A stretch of 63,976 nucleotides of DNA, the filler included, from Folioceros fuciformis (Eukaryota), in NCBI GenBank assembly GCA_049999805.1. It is 23 parts of 23 records of this genome, joined end to end, with 100 filler letters (N's around TTAATTAATTAA, not from the genome) between each part and the next. Parts side by side here need not be neighbours in the genome. Positions count along the whole stretch, not along the records: positions 51,593 to 55,848 come from JBNGIO010006928.1; positions 55,949 to 60,126 come from JBNGIO010006929.1; positions 60,227 to 63,976 come from JBNGIO010006930.1; 20 more parts are not named here. The stretch is one strand, 5' to 3'. The notes under the pieces are model-generated. The model did no database searches and was not told the origin of the DNA. It saw nothing but the letters and a program-made list of their open reading frames with translations. Shown piece by piece: positions 51,927 to 63,976 of the stretch (its first letter is position 1; each line of letters opens with the position of its first letter). A program made the translations under genes and the position numbers.

Positions 51927-53420
51927 CGTGCTGCATTACCAAATGCAAAACAATTGTATAATTACCAGATAACGCTAACATGGGAAACCGATCGCAATTT
52001 TGCCAACGCACACCTGCCTGCTCCTCACAAAGAAGCAAGCAAGCACGCTCGACAGGACCCACTCCTGCCGCAGTACTTGCCCGAAGTAGCACCTCCTACC
52101 TGCACGGAGCCAAAAGTTCCTAAAGCGGTTTAGGGCTCATCTCCAACTCCTTGCTCAACACGAATTTATGAACAGGACAATGATAAGTAAGTTCTCCATT
52201 TGTAGGTTTTAAAGCGGCTTGCATGGTTTAGACAAGACACAAGAAAGCGATTTGGGACCCGCAAGCTTCCGGTGAGGGACCTCCATGCGGAATCTACGTA
52301 GCTCGGCCCACTGCCCGTTCGGGATTCATGCTCACCGGTGTAAGCTGCGGTTAAGTATGGTCTTCTACTTGGAGGCCAAGTCAAGAATGAGGCTGGCTGG
52401 CGGTGTCGTGGACAATCCTCGGCATCGACACCACGGCGGGCTGACTAGGTTGATGAGTAGTCCCGTTCCCTTGGATATGCGGATTGGTGATGTTGGCTTT
52501 CCTTCCAAGGACAAGTCTCCGGGTAGTTTTGAATCTGGCAGGCCACAGACAGACTGTCCTTTGTTTCTCAGTTGTTTGGTATGATCTACAAAAACTGAGT
52601 ACAGCTGGGAAGGATGTGGTCGTGGGTTGATGAGTTCAATCACCTCACTATCAAACACGCATTCGATTAGTTGAGGAACCATGAGTTGCACATTTATGGA
52701 TGGGGAGGTAGGCTACAGGAGGCCATGGGTGTTATCACCAAGCTAGGCAAACCAAGTGCCTTCATGTGGTTGTCAGACTCCCGCTGTTATCCTAAACGTG
52801 GGAAAGAATGACGTTAACGAAGCTAGGCAACTGGTTTAAGAGGTAGGGCCAGGCATGAAGGTTGATGATAGCCATGCCTCGGGCCTGTGATTTTGCTGAC
52901 GACTTGGGATTGAACGCGGATGTGTTGCACTGTGGCATTCCCCCTGATGTGTCGCACAGTAGCATCCACCTGACTTGTCTGTTGGCAGCTGACTGTCCGA
53001 ACTGTGGCGAACCGAAAGCTGCACGCCAGGCTTTCTGATGGTGGCATGGACGGTCCGCATTTTGGCTGTGCAAATATTGGTCTCGTTAAGAGCCAATTGT
53101 TCTACATGGAGAAGAGTAAGCGGGCTGATTGCGGCTGATCATGTCACAATTACACAGGCCGTACGAGGGGCAGGCACGAGCCTTCGGAACAACCTTGTGG
53201 GAAAAGGGATCCAGTGATTGTGAGCATTTTGGCAGGCAGCTCAGAATTGGTTCTTGTTTTTTGCTGTAGGACGGGGGCTGTCTACAGCATTGGCGAACAT
53301 TGCAGAACCCAGTGAGCGTATCTTTCATGAGATCTTTCCTCATTAGAGTCAGTGGCTGGCTGTGTTGCGTCTCTGTCGATATGGTTTCTTGTTCTGAGCC
53401 TTGCGTAGGGTGTCTGGGTG

Positions 53421-53810
53421 TGTAGCAGTCCTCGTGTTCCTTACACAGGATAGCAGTCCTCATCTTCCCCACGCAGGGTAGCCGTCTTCATCTTTCTTAC
53501 ACAGTTTTGAATCTTGTGTAGGGTATCTGAGTGTGTAGCAGCTCTCATCTTCCTTATACGGTGTAGCAGGCCTCGTCTTCCTTACGCAGGGCAGCAGTCC
53601 TCATTTTCCTTACGCACATTAGCAGTCCTCATTTTCCTTAAGCAGAGTAGCAGTCCTTATCTTTCTTAAGTAGAGTAGCAGTCCTCATCTTATGCAGAGT
53701 ATCAGCCCTCATCTTCCTTACGTGGCGTAGCAGTCCTGATCTTCTTTACGCAGAATAGCAGCCCTCATCTTGCTTTCGCAGAGTAGCAGTCCTCATTTTG
53801 CTTGCACAGA
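53421..53810. repeat. 28-bp minisatellite, about 13 degenerate copies (TAGCAGTCCTCATCTTCCTTACGCAGAG)
   Basis: Direct inspection; unit length not a multiple of 3. Confidence 0.9.
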
Positions 53811-55063
53811 CGCGCACAGAACTATCAAAGTTCTCTTATGGGGCAGCGTCCCTTCTGAGCACTTTGCCAGAAGTGTTTCCTGATGGTACTGATGTTTCTA
53901 GACTTGACCTTGGAACAAGTAAAGATTGCTAATTGTAAATATGAGCCCGCAGGCATGCAACTGTAGTGCGTGGGGAATCGCACGTTTGTTGTATTGTCTG
54001 CATCACCATACTCCACCTGTTGTAGCTCTGGTGGTTCTGACCAGCAGACCATTGCAGTGGCAATTGCAGTATGAAATTGGAGGCTATTTTACAGCACCAA
54101 ATCTAGATAGTCAGGTGCCCGTGTGACGATTTCTGATAGTCAGATGCTGATCATTTGCTTAGCTGTTCGTTACTGTCTGGGCTTGAAGATCTGAGCTCGT
54201 GTACCGCTGTGGGGCGTTACGTTCGTATTTTGCGTATCAGCCTCGAGGTAATATGTGCTTCATGAGTAGTTTTGCCCTTGGTTTTGTTCCCTGGAATCCT
54301 GGCATTTGTGGTGTCGTCCTGGCGTCTCTGTTGTTCCTCTGCTAGAAGTCCCCTGGCCATGGGTTGATAATGATAATGGGATGTACAGAAGGAGAGTGGG
54401 GCTGTTTTCATATTCCGGGCATGGAGACTTTCCCACCGTGCTGAAGACCTGGTGCATGCTTATTAACGCTACTCCTTGAAAGTTCAATATCCCATGTATT
54501 GCATCCCCCCAGGATCGCCCCCTTGCTCTGTTGCAGATCTTCGGCAAAGCCTCCTAGATGTAACCATGTAATCACGGAAGTCCCAGTCCCCATTTCCAAA
54601 TCACAGATGGTGATGTGTTTTCCACCAAATTGTCGTGTGTACACCAAATTGTTATGTGTATTTTGGTTCTGAAGTAGGGGAGGAGTGGTGGGCTGTTTCT
54701 CGGATAGAAGGAGGAGTAGTGGGTCCTTTCTAGAATAGGCTATGGAGTAGTGGGCTGTTTTGCTATTCTCCTCTGGTAGACGTCGGGTATGTGGCTACCC
54801 CATTCCCTCGTCACTTCAGTACTCTATTTCTTTGGCCGAGTTCGGTGCCTTGCCCAACATTGACTGTCCAATCATTTCGAGTTCAACCAATACAGAGGTG
54901 CTATCGTGGAAAGGCACAGGAGCTTTGTGCTGCCCTTCTACCATGAATTGATAGAAATGTGGGAGAGGGATGCTAGCCCTCTAGTGCGAAGTCGGGTAAG
55001 CATTTGGATCCTGGGCATAATCTGATTGATGGCTTATCACTTACCAACGACCGGCAAGTCGAA

Positions 55064-55355
55064 TCTGCTTGAAATGAATGTCACACACAGTCCTTTAGGG
55101 CCAGTAGTAAATCATGAACTAAGGCCGTATCTACGACTTAGCCCTGACAAGGTAGCAATAGAAACAAGCGAGGGAGCTTTCAACTCTGGATGAACTCATC
55201 TCCAGAACATCTGCTTGAAATGAATGTCACACACAGTCCTTTAGAGCCAGTGAATCATGAACCAAGGCCCTAGCTACGACTTAGCCCTGACAAGGTAGCA
55301 ATAGAAGAAACAAGTGAGGGAGCTTTCTACTCTGGATGAACTCATCTCCAGAATA
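55064..55355. repeat. tandem duplication of a ~146-bp unit (2 copies)
   Basis: TCTGCTTGAAATGAATGTCACACACAGTCC... starts at 55064 and 55210. Confidence 0.93.
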
Positions 55356-57283
55356 TCAGAGAAAGCCTTCCAAGCTCTTGATTCGCAACCGATGCATTAA
55401 GCACAGCGAAATCCGATTCTTGGATTAAGCCTTCACAGTTCTTGCACTAAACTAAAACTCTACCTCCTTTGCTCGTAGTTTTTCTTCCTCTGATTTAAAA
55501 GATCGGTTAGGAAAACTGTAAAAGTTTGGCCGTATATATGTACATCTCCTTTCGCAGTTCCTATACATAAGCTTCTGGCATCATCCAAACCTACAAAGCC
55601 TGAATCCTGGATTTCCTCGCCATACCCTAAAGCATACAAATAGTCCTGATCCCATCATGCACATGTCCATGCAAGGGTTAGAGTGTGGCTTGAAAGGCGA
55701 AAAGGACCCATTAAAAAGAAAAAGATAGCTGCAAGCAAAGTGTGTCACACCGTGTAGAGGAAAAAAACTTTCAGGAGTCCCATTTTGAAGAGCAGAATGA
55801 ATGATTTGATAGGATTGAGTGACAGGACCAAGGAGAAGTGTGGGCGAGNNNNNNNNNNNNNNNNNNNNNNNNNNNNNNNNNNNNNNNNNNNNTTAATTAA
55901 TTAANNNNNNNNNNNNNNNNNNNNNNNNNNNNNNNNNNNNNNNNNNNNTCAGGGTAAGTACCATCCACTACTTTCCAGACTCCACGGGCAACTAATATAG
56001 ATTTCATGTTGACTTTTCAAATATCATAACGACTTCCATTAAATCTGTCTTTTTCTTTCAGGTCTCCTGTGAAGGATGAGGACATTGCTCCTTGTTGGAT
56101 AGGAGGGGTAGGAGCAGCCATTACTGAGTCTACAATAAGCTAGACTACGGGGGAAACTGTCCAGGTGAGAATCATTTCAGAGGAAGTTGTAAGTTGAAAT
56201 CAGGACCCTAACAGAAAACCATTTGACTAATTGGGGCTATTTCAAATTGTTTGTTATTTGGAAATAACTAGATGAAAGTAACTGATATAACTTTTGTTCA
56301 ATGCGACGAGAATTGAAGTGACAGCCCTGAAATTTGTGGATGAAGCACGCAACAACTGTTGCCACTCAGGAACCCTACCTGCTGCCACTCAACCACCTCA
56401 TAAGCGATTTTCTCAAAATTAGGGTGCGACAAGGCTTGCAAGCCTGCGCAATCAACAGTCTCATTGGGAATTACATGCATAGATTGCAACGATTGTGTGA
56501 TGCACTTGATGCCGTGATCAATGTCATAGCTCATATTGTTGATTTTTTGCCGTAGACGTTCTTCCATGTCATTAATTGATTCCAAAAAAGATTCCTGCCT
56601 AGAGCGCAATTGAGAAAATCTAACTTCAATTCTCTCCAAATATTTTTGAATTGTTTCTCCATACAAATCTTCTCCTCTCTCTTGGCTAGAATCTTGAAGG
56701 GCGTCCAATTTAAAAGATTTCTCCTTCAATTTTGGATTTTTCGAACTCGAATAAAGATTCTGCTTTGTACAAGATGGTAAGATTTTTGCTGCTGGAAATC
56801 ACCTTCAAAATCTTGCTCACGTAGCTGAATTCGATGTCGTCTTCATTCATGGGCCTGCTTGTGCCAAAATGCATGAAGTTGAGTCCGATATTCGTCGAGA
56901 TATTCTTGGCTCCATGGATCTTGTCGGGGTGGCGGAATCCATTCCACTCCTCGACGAGTTTGATGTTGCAACTCCCAGAACAATGGTGGATCAACTACCC
57001 TCCTACGAGGCATGGTTGTAGGCCCACAAAGATCAGCATCTAGAATTTGGCTCCAATACCATGTGACGGAGCCTCAAGCATCTAACATCAAGAATATGCA
57101 AAGCATGCAAGAGGGGAAGGAGCACCTAAGAAAAGGTGTAAAATGTTCAACTAACTTAATAAACCCAAAAGAACACACATATATACATATAGGGTATGTG
57201 CCCTAATTAAAGTATGTATAATTAACCCTAAGAGGTTATTAATCTAACAATGCATTCATCACGTTGCCATCCAAACTCACATG

Positions 57284-57503
57284 GCCATGGGCAAGAGTTT
57301 CACCACACTCACATTGGCCATGGGTAAGAGTTTCACCAAGTTTGTCAAGGCATGTGCCATGGGCAAGAGTTTCACCACATTCACATTGGCCATGAGCAAG
57401 AGTTTCACCACATTTGTCAAGGCTCATGCCATGGGCAAGAGTTTCACCACACTCACATTGGCCATGGGCAAGAGTTTCACCACGTTTGTCAAGGCATGTG
57501 CCA
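57284..57503. repeat. 72-bp higher-order repeat x3 built from alternating 33- and 39-bp monomers
   Basis: Core GCCATGGGCAAGAGTTTCACCA at 57284, 57317, 57356, 57389, 57428 and 57461. Confidence 0.93.
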
Positions 57504-58081
57504 AGGCCTATCACAGTAATTAAACTAGGGCTAGGCTTCCCCTTTTGTGTATAGTTGTTTTCTTTTGACAATGAATATACTGTGTGCACTATAGAACTGC
57601 ATGGCCAATATTTTGTGCATGACATTAGTGTATATATCGTGCTCAATAAAGCTCACGGGCTTGCATGTTGTGATTAGGAGATTCGGCTTGTTCAAGCTCT
57701 ATGGCAAGTACATCCTTCCACATCCCTAACTACGAAGTTCTTTAAGTAGTTGATAGTTTTAAGAGATAGTTTTTTTTATGGAACATAATAGTCCCCTAAT
57801 TTTGATACCTTCCCTTGGTTGTTCTCTTTTTCTTAAGAAAATGTATTTGCATCTCTTCTTTTATGATAAAATATATTCACTACTAAACCCGCTGTTGTAA
57901 ATGGTGCTATCGGGTTACTTTAAATATATCTTACCCTAGGCTAGGTTCAAAAAAAAAATGTCTAGATGAGTATGAATTGTCGAGCAACTTGCCCGTTCAC
58001 GACTTTGCATTACTCATTTGCTTTGCTCAGTAGCCGTGCTGTGTGGCGCCGGGATCTAGAAGAGGGGGAAGTGGAAGTGTC

Positions 58082-59968
58082 ATGGCTTGGATCAATGCAC
58101 GCCGCGGAGTTCTGCGCGTCGGCTCCTTGCTGGAGTCTGCTTGCGAGCGGTCGAAGTGGTCCGCGGCGCGGAGCGCCCTCTCTGAAGGTTGCTGGGAGGT
58201 AGCTCCTTTCGGTACCCGCATGGTCTCCAATCAAGTGGGTAGGTCTTCTCGCCTTCTAATTTTGCTCCTCACCTTGATCTGTACACGATCCGCCATGCTG
58301 CACGAGAATCATGTATCATCCTTTAAGGGGTCGTCTTACATTGTTCCAGCTTAGGAGTGAGGCACCTCCTGATTGTGTTGCGGGTTGGAACCTTGCGTGT
58401 CAGTGAGAAGCAGGATGAAAAGTGTGAAAAGTATCCAGAAAATCACTAAGGCCATGAAGATGGTAGCTGCTTCAAAGCTTCGCGGTGTACAGGTGAAGGT
58501 GGAGGCTTCTCGGGGAATTCCTCAACCATTTGTTGTCACACTGGGTGATGTGCCTGGTAAGGGTTTGAGTCTCCAGGATCTCTCCGGCTCACTGCAGCGA
58601 TGGTCAGTCAGTGACTTATCCTAATATCCGGTCCTCAGATGTCAATGTCGACAACCACGTGATTGTCACCGTTACAAGCGATCGGGGCTTATGCGGTGGC
58701 ATCAACACGACGGCCGTCAAGTTCAGCAGAGCCATACAGAGGCTGGTGACGGGTATGATTTGTTGTTCTCATCCTCTCCGACTGGTCCTTAGACGTGTTA
58801 TGGCCGCAAGATCAAAGTTTTTTTCAGTTCAGGTGTTCTGGCCCCTTGCCCGAGTGTTGGACCAGCAGAGCTTACTGTCCTATTGAATGCTTGTTGCCTT
58901 TAGGCGAAGGGAAACGGGTCAAGTTTGTTATTATCGGGGAGAAGGGCAGGGCCCAGCTGGTACGAGACTCAAGGAAGGACATAGTTCTTACTATCTCGGA
59001 GACGCAGAAAGTAGACCTCAGTTTCACCCAGGTCTCAACTCACTCTGCTATCCTGAAATTTTGAGATGCTGGTAGTGGCATAGTGGTAGTACATGAACCA
59101 GTAGTGTTTGAATGTTTTTCGTCAGGTGTCGATGATGGCAGATGAGATTTTGAAGAGCTTGGAGTATGACATGCTGAGCTTGGTGTTCAACAAATTCCGC
59201 TCTGTCGTAGCATTTCAACCCACTGTGACTACCGTGGTTTCACCAGAGGTGGGTAACTTGTTGGAAAATTTTCAGTCAACCGATGAGTCTCTTTGTTTGA
59301 AATGTGTGTGCAAGTGTGGTCTTGGTTTCTTCTGTACAGGTGACAGCCAGGGAGTCTGAGGGAGGAAAGCTCGCATACCTGGACGGTTATGAAATTGAGG
59401 GTGCGGAATCCACAGCCGAAGTTCTTCAAAATTTGAGTGAATTCACATTTACCGCGGTATGGAGCGTTTTTTGTCTCATCCGCTCATAGGGGTTATGGCT
59501 GAAACCATGAGCTCAAATTCCATAGTCTTAGATATCCCTTGTTACGTGCAGCGTGCTCTTGAAGTCCTTGAACGCGAGGTATGAACGTTTGTCTGATTGT
59601 AGCGTTTGACGTTTGCAGCACTTATTCAATGGCATCTTGGAAAATACTGCAAGTGAAATGGGTGCAAGGATGTCTGCCATGGACAGCTCTTCAAGAAATG
59701 CCAGTGAAATGCTTGAGCGTCTGACTCTCAGCTATAACAGGTTGGTAATCCCCTTCGGATAATATCCTACAATGGTTGCATCCCCAGGTTTCGGCCGCAG
59801 TCTTCCCGCTCTAGATGGTACTTAGGCCGTATCTAGGATGTGCTGAGCATTGGTTGACTCGGGGCTAAATATTTTTTGTCTATTTTTTGCAGATCACGGC
59901 AAGCACAAATCACCACAGAGCTCATTGAGATCATATCTGGAGCCGCAGCCTTGGAGGCTTCCGACTGA
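58082..59968 (+). CDS. ATP3: mitochondrial ATP synthase F1 gamma subunit, multi-exon
   Basis: Presequence, [70 protein letters not shown]. Confidence 0.97.
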
Positions 59969-60271
59969 GTTGCACAGGTGGAAGGGTTTGCCTTACAGCG
60001 CTGGTTAAAGCAAATTGCGTTGATTTCTAGCCGGACAAAGCACTAATTGTTTGTAGACCCTGTTGTGTGTCGTTCCTCGTAGTTCCGAAGCATCTACCGA
60101 AACCCCGTAACGAGTGCAAGTCTCATNNNNNNNNNNNNNNNNNNNNNNNNNNNNNNNNNNNNNNNNNNNNTTAATTAATTAANNNNNNNNNNNNNNNNNN
60201 NNNNNNNNNNNNNNNNNNNNNNNNNNGGTCTGTTTGGGAGTGACAGACTAAAGTTGTGGTTTGCGCTGCAG

Positions 60272-61121
60272 GTTTTGGTGGTCAGAAATGAATTGAAAAT
60301 GGGGAAGGGCAAGATTGCAGCGCAATGCAGGTGGGCTGCATGTTGTTTGGTGAACACGTCGATCTAAAACATTTATGGTCTATGCATTTTTCCTGGGTGG
60401 AAGCATGTAGGATTTCCTCTGATCACGTTTCGTCACAGTCATGCAACTCTTGGTTTGTACAAGAAGATTTTTAACAGGGCACCCAAAGCCCTGCAGAGGT
60501 ATGCCCTCCGTTTTCCTACATCACTGAATTTGCATGCGTTGCTTGTGTAAGCGGCGTTTTGTGACTGGTTTCTTTCAGATGGGAAGCCAGCTCCCAGGTC
60601 AAGGTGGTTTGCAAGGTTGAAAGCGAGGAGGAGATGCTTCAGTTGCAGGTCAGTTGTCAAGTCATGTGTTAGCCGCTCACTCGACAATTCTGTTACCTCG
60701 TCCTACTCTTGCTTTTGGCCTTTCATGCCACGTACTGGTTTCGTGTTGACACAATACAGCTTCCTAATCTGAATGCAGAAGGATGCAAAAATCATGAAGT
60801 TGCCAACACACATAACAGTGGATGCTGGCAGAACTCAGATAGCTCCCAGTAAGTAGGTCTTGGAAATGCATCATCTTGTCATATGCACATTTGACGCAGT
60901 CCCAAGCAAGCTGAGTCTTGTTTAATTTTTTTTTCTCCTTTCAGATTCGCGAACAGTAATGGCCGTCATTGGTGAGCATCTCTCTCCTCGGAGCTCATTG
61001 TCAAACGGGTCATTTGCACATTCTCGCTCCTTGGCTTGATGTCCTGAATGGTTTGCTGTGCTTTGCATTAGGCCCTCGGGATATTGTGGACGAGTTGACA
61101 GGGAGCCTTAAACTCCTCTAA
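60272..61121 (+). CDS. PTH2: peptidyl-tRNA hydrolase 2, 3' exons
   Basis: [47 protein letters not shown]-stop. Confidence 0.95.
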
Positions 61122-61888
61122 CCTCCTAAAGGTGACAGTGCATCTGCTCCACAACTAGGTGGGATTATTTCGGGATTGGGTTGGACCGGTGTCATCCGTG
61201 GTGTGTCCTTTGTATCGAACCAGACAGTTTTGCCGAAGGACGGCTTGACAGTTGTCCCTTAGGAGTTTGACCTATCGTTAGACGCTATTGAGCTCCACTT
61301 CCTCAACGTGTGAAGCTCGAAAATAAGGCTGTCATCAGCCATGACATGGAGACCTTTCGAAACAATTGTTGCAGTCAAGAGGAGGTCCGATAGATAGAGG
61401 ACCAGCCGACCGCAGTATTTCATTGCTCATGCTTTCATTTCCAAGGTACTCTTGAAAACACCCTCTTTACAGTCTAATTACACACTATAATAGGAGATTG
61501 TCTTTTTAGTCACTTTGAATTACCGGTAGCGTCAGTCCTGTCACGAACACTGACCGGCCTAATATTGAATGTCACGAGGTAGCGAATCGCTGGCTTCTAA
61601 AAGCGAGCGGTACAGCTAACGTGTTTGGGGCTGGTGATAAGCGGCGATTGTTGCCTCCAATCACCACAATGCGTATGAAGTCTGATAACCTGAAACCACT
61701 CGCTATGGGTTGAAACTCGTGTGCCTCCTCTCCTGTGGGAAAAATTGCAGCTACCTTTTTCCAGATGCACCTCGAGCTGACAGAACATAGTTTCACATAC
61801 GCAGGGAAAGAAGTGGTGCCCACTGCATCAAAGCAGTGGAAGCCAGTCTTTCAACTCCCTGTATACAAGGTTTCATGGTTGTTGTGGC

Positions 61889-62537
61889 ATGCAGAACACT
61901 TGGTCCTCTGATGTCATCTTCCCGATCTCTTCCAACCCGGTGGGTGTGGCCTGCATGGAGGCAATGCGGCAATGGCATCAGAATCCTCAGAATCCTCTTG
62001 CCGTGCCCTTTGTAAAGATCAAACAATTGCCTCACAGTTCAAGCGATGGAAAGGATGTGGTTACTCAGGTGCAAGGTGCACCCGAGCGGACTGTTTACCA
62101 GATAGACGTACGCACTGCCTTTCCCACCCTCACCCAGGCGCTTCAATTTCCGATGAGCCAGCAATCTGCAACCGGAAAGCACGTTGGAGTTATGTGTTGA
62201 AACAAGCATCGTACGAAACATGACTGCACACTGTGAACAGTAGCAGAGTTCTTACAGTCTCAATGCTTTGCTGGTGTCGGGATTGTTGCCTAAAGTTAGG
62301 CGTATTAGCTTCTCAGGAACGCTCCCTTCTCCCACAAATTTCAAGATGGTTTTTGCGTATCGCTCCACTCGCGTCTCTGACTTTCTTCGTCCTTTCTTTG
62401 AGAATCTGGAAGTGGATTCTCCAAGCGTTGCGCAGTGGCGCTTCGCGGGGAGAGATGAACCTGTTGATGGCCCTCCAGAACCACTCTCCTTTTCAGATCC
62501 TTGGGCCATTGAGATGGAGCTGTCAGCAGAGATATGA
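61889..62537 (+). CDS. hypothetical protein (two probable exons)
   Basis: Two consecutive protein-like ORFs (61889-62200, 62268-62537) joinable by a short GT-AG intron; no family recognised. Confidence 0.35.
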
Positions 62538-63976
62538 TCACTGCATTCGAGTTTGCAGGTCTTCGTTTCAAAATGCGTTGAGCTGTAGAGTAGATTCAAA
62601 GTAGCTGGCCAGCTTCTTGCCCCTGCCATCTCAAGGTCTGGAATAATTTGCAGAGCCTCAAATGCTTTGAATTGAAGTTTTCTCGGTGTTCGTCGTTTCT
62701 TGAGATCCTGCAGTCATCAAATTGCACTATCAGGAACACTCTCACGTACATACCCTCACGGTAAGAGGAAATGGAGGCGTTGCACGCTGGGGTGACTCAT
62801 AGAGCAGGCTGAGCATGCGCTTTGCACGCTTCCCTCTCGCACATTCCTCTAGGCAAGGATGCGAGCTAATTTTATTCCGCACCTTTCCGGGCTTTAGTAC
62901 GGTAGACAGCCTTCTTGAAACTGAATATGGTGACTGGAGAGATTGTGGATCACAGGCCACTGTTGCAAGGTGAGCCAGCCGCATTATGGACAGGTCAGGC
63001 GTCCACTCTGAGCTGAAGGCATGGCTGAAAAAGATGCCCGTCCCAGGTGCAGTGCCTGCGGCGCCCTGAGAGACCTGGTTCTTGTGGCAACTAGCAGTGT
63101 TACTAGGCGTCATAATTGACGTGCACTTATTGATCGTTGCTGGTGAACATCGGGATGTGCTCTCACAGAGGTGTTGCCAATCCTCAGCAGATAAATTGCT
63201 GCATATTTTGTTCACTTTGAAGGTGCCGGAGTCCACTGTATCAGGCATATTGCTAAGTTCGAGACTAGACAAGTCTTCCGCAAGCTGGTCGACGATTCTC
63301 TTCTGCGAGGCTCTGAGAAATAGCTTCTGCATCTTGATCACTAAGTGGATACATGTACAAGGTTGAATCCGCAAGCACTTCAAAGGAAAAGACTACGCGA
63401 CGCCGGCAAATTCAGCACAAACGTGTAGATAACTCGGATCTAAGCTTCCACAGATGCGCTTCAAACATGATCACGTTTGAAAGTTCGCTAGTGGCCAATT
63501 GATCTGCAGATACTTGAGCCTCAACTTTGGCCACAGACTACGCACACTTGAAGTTCCTGCAAACAACCAAGACGAAGTAATGTCTGCAATCTGCAGAAGC
63601 CTGCTTCACATTGGTTCAAGACTGCGGACAAGGCAAGCTCAACGGGAGACAAATTCTAGAGGCGAATTTCGAGGGTGTGAGTTATCGAACCTCGAAAAGG
63701 GCTCAGGCAAGCAAATTTTCATATTGAGCCGGAGGCACAAAAGCTTGTGCACGTACTAATCCACTGATTTTGCGCCGAAACATGTGCGCTGCAATAGAGA
63801 TCCAGAGCCGCAGGGGACGACAGCATCTTGCATGCACAGCTGCTGCTAGAGCCAGCAGCAGCGCAGCGTGACCAAGATTATTTTCGAATGTGAGAATCTG
63901 CCCCACTGATAGGATCTGTTTGAAAGGAAATGATAACGATGTGACCGCCACGTCCTGAGGTGAGCGTGAGAGCTCA

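Noticed and set aside
53421-53810. CRISPR-like 28-bp repeats
   Set aside because: Head-to-tail with no unique spacers
57284-57503. CRISPR-like array
   Set aside because: Linkers are only 11/17 nt and themselves repeat alternately; no cas genes; eukaryotic context
57878-57887. CACTACTAAA as a CACTA terminus
   Set aside because: No matching opposite TIR, and it points into the ATP3 promoter
59457-59892. Hairpins in the last two ATP3 introns as snoRNAs
   Set aside because: No properly placed H/ACA or C/D boxes
62742-63976. 213-aa and neighbouring ORFs
   Set aside because: No recognisable domain and coding strand ambiguous; cannot be supported

Overview
This is not one locus. It is 23 short contigs (about 1.3-5.7 kb) joined by 22 artificial 100-nt linkers (N44-TTAATTAATTAA-N44, stops in all frames), so adjacency across linkers has no biological meaning. 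Most contigs are GC-rich, gene-dense nuclear DNA with short GT-AG introns from a non-seed land plant; hornwort/bryophyte-like origin is an inference. Recognisable genes: class C ARF (two fragments), NPSN SNARE, SRRM1/PWI splicing factor, ubiquitin-RPL40, GEX1, SOS1-like C-terminus tail-to-tail with MHX, an AT-hook Lys/Ala-rich chromatin protein, an intronless class II (PTEN) formin in two pieces, DUF1997, GALT1-like GT31, bestrophin-like channel, rhomboid, legumin-like bicupin, LPP/PAP2, type I MADS, mitochondrial ATP synthase gamma and PTH2, plus copia relics and tandem repeats. Most notable observations: (1) a tandem pair of H/ACA snoRNA-like RNAs in an oversized NPSN intron and a third candidate in an RPL40 intron; (2) a miR160 target site in the ARF with a mismatch exactly at miRNA position 10; (3) one contig with a fungal RIP signature; (4) an intronless class II formin; (5) MHX and SOS1 homologs each with a substitution in a key motif; (6) an algal-BST-like bestrophin. 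All assignments come from motif recognition without database searches.
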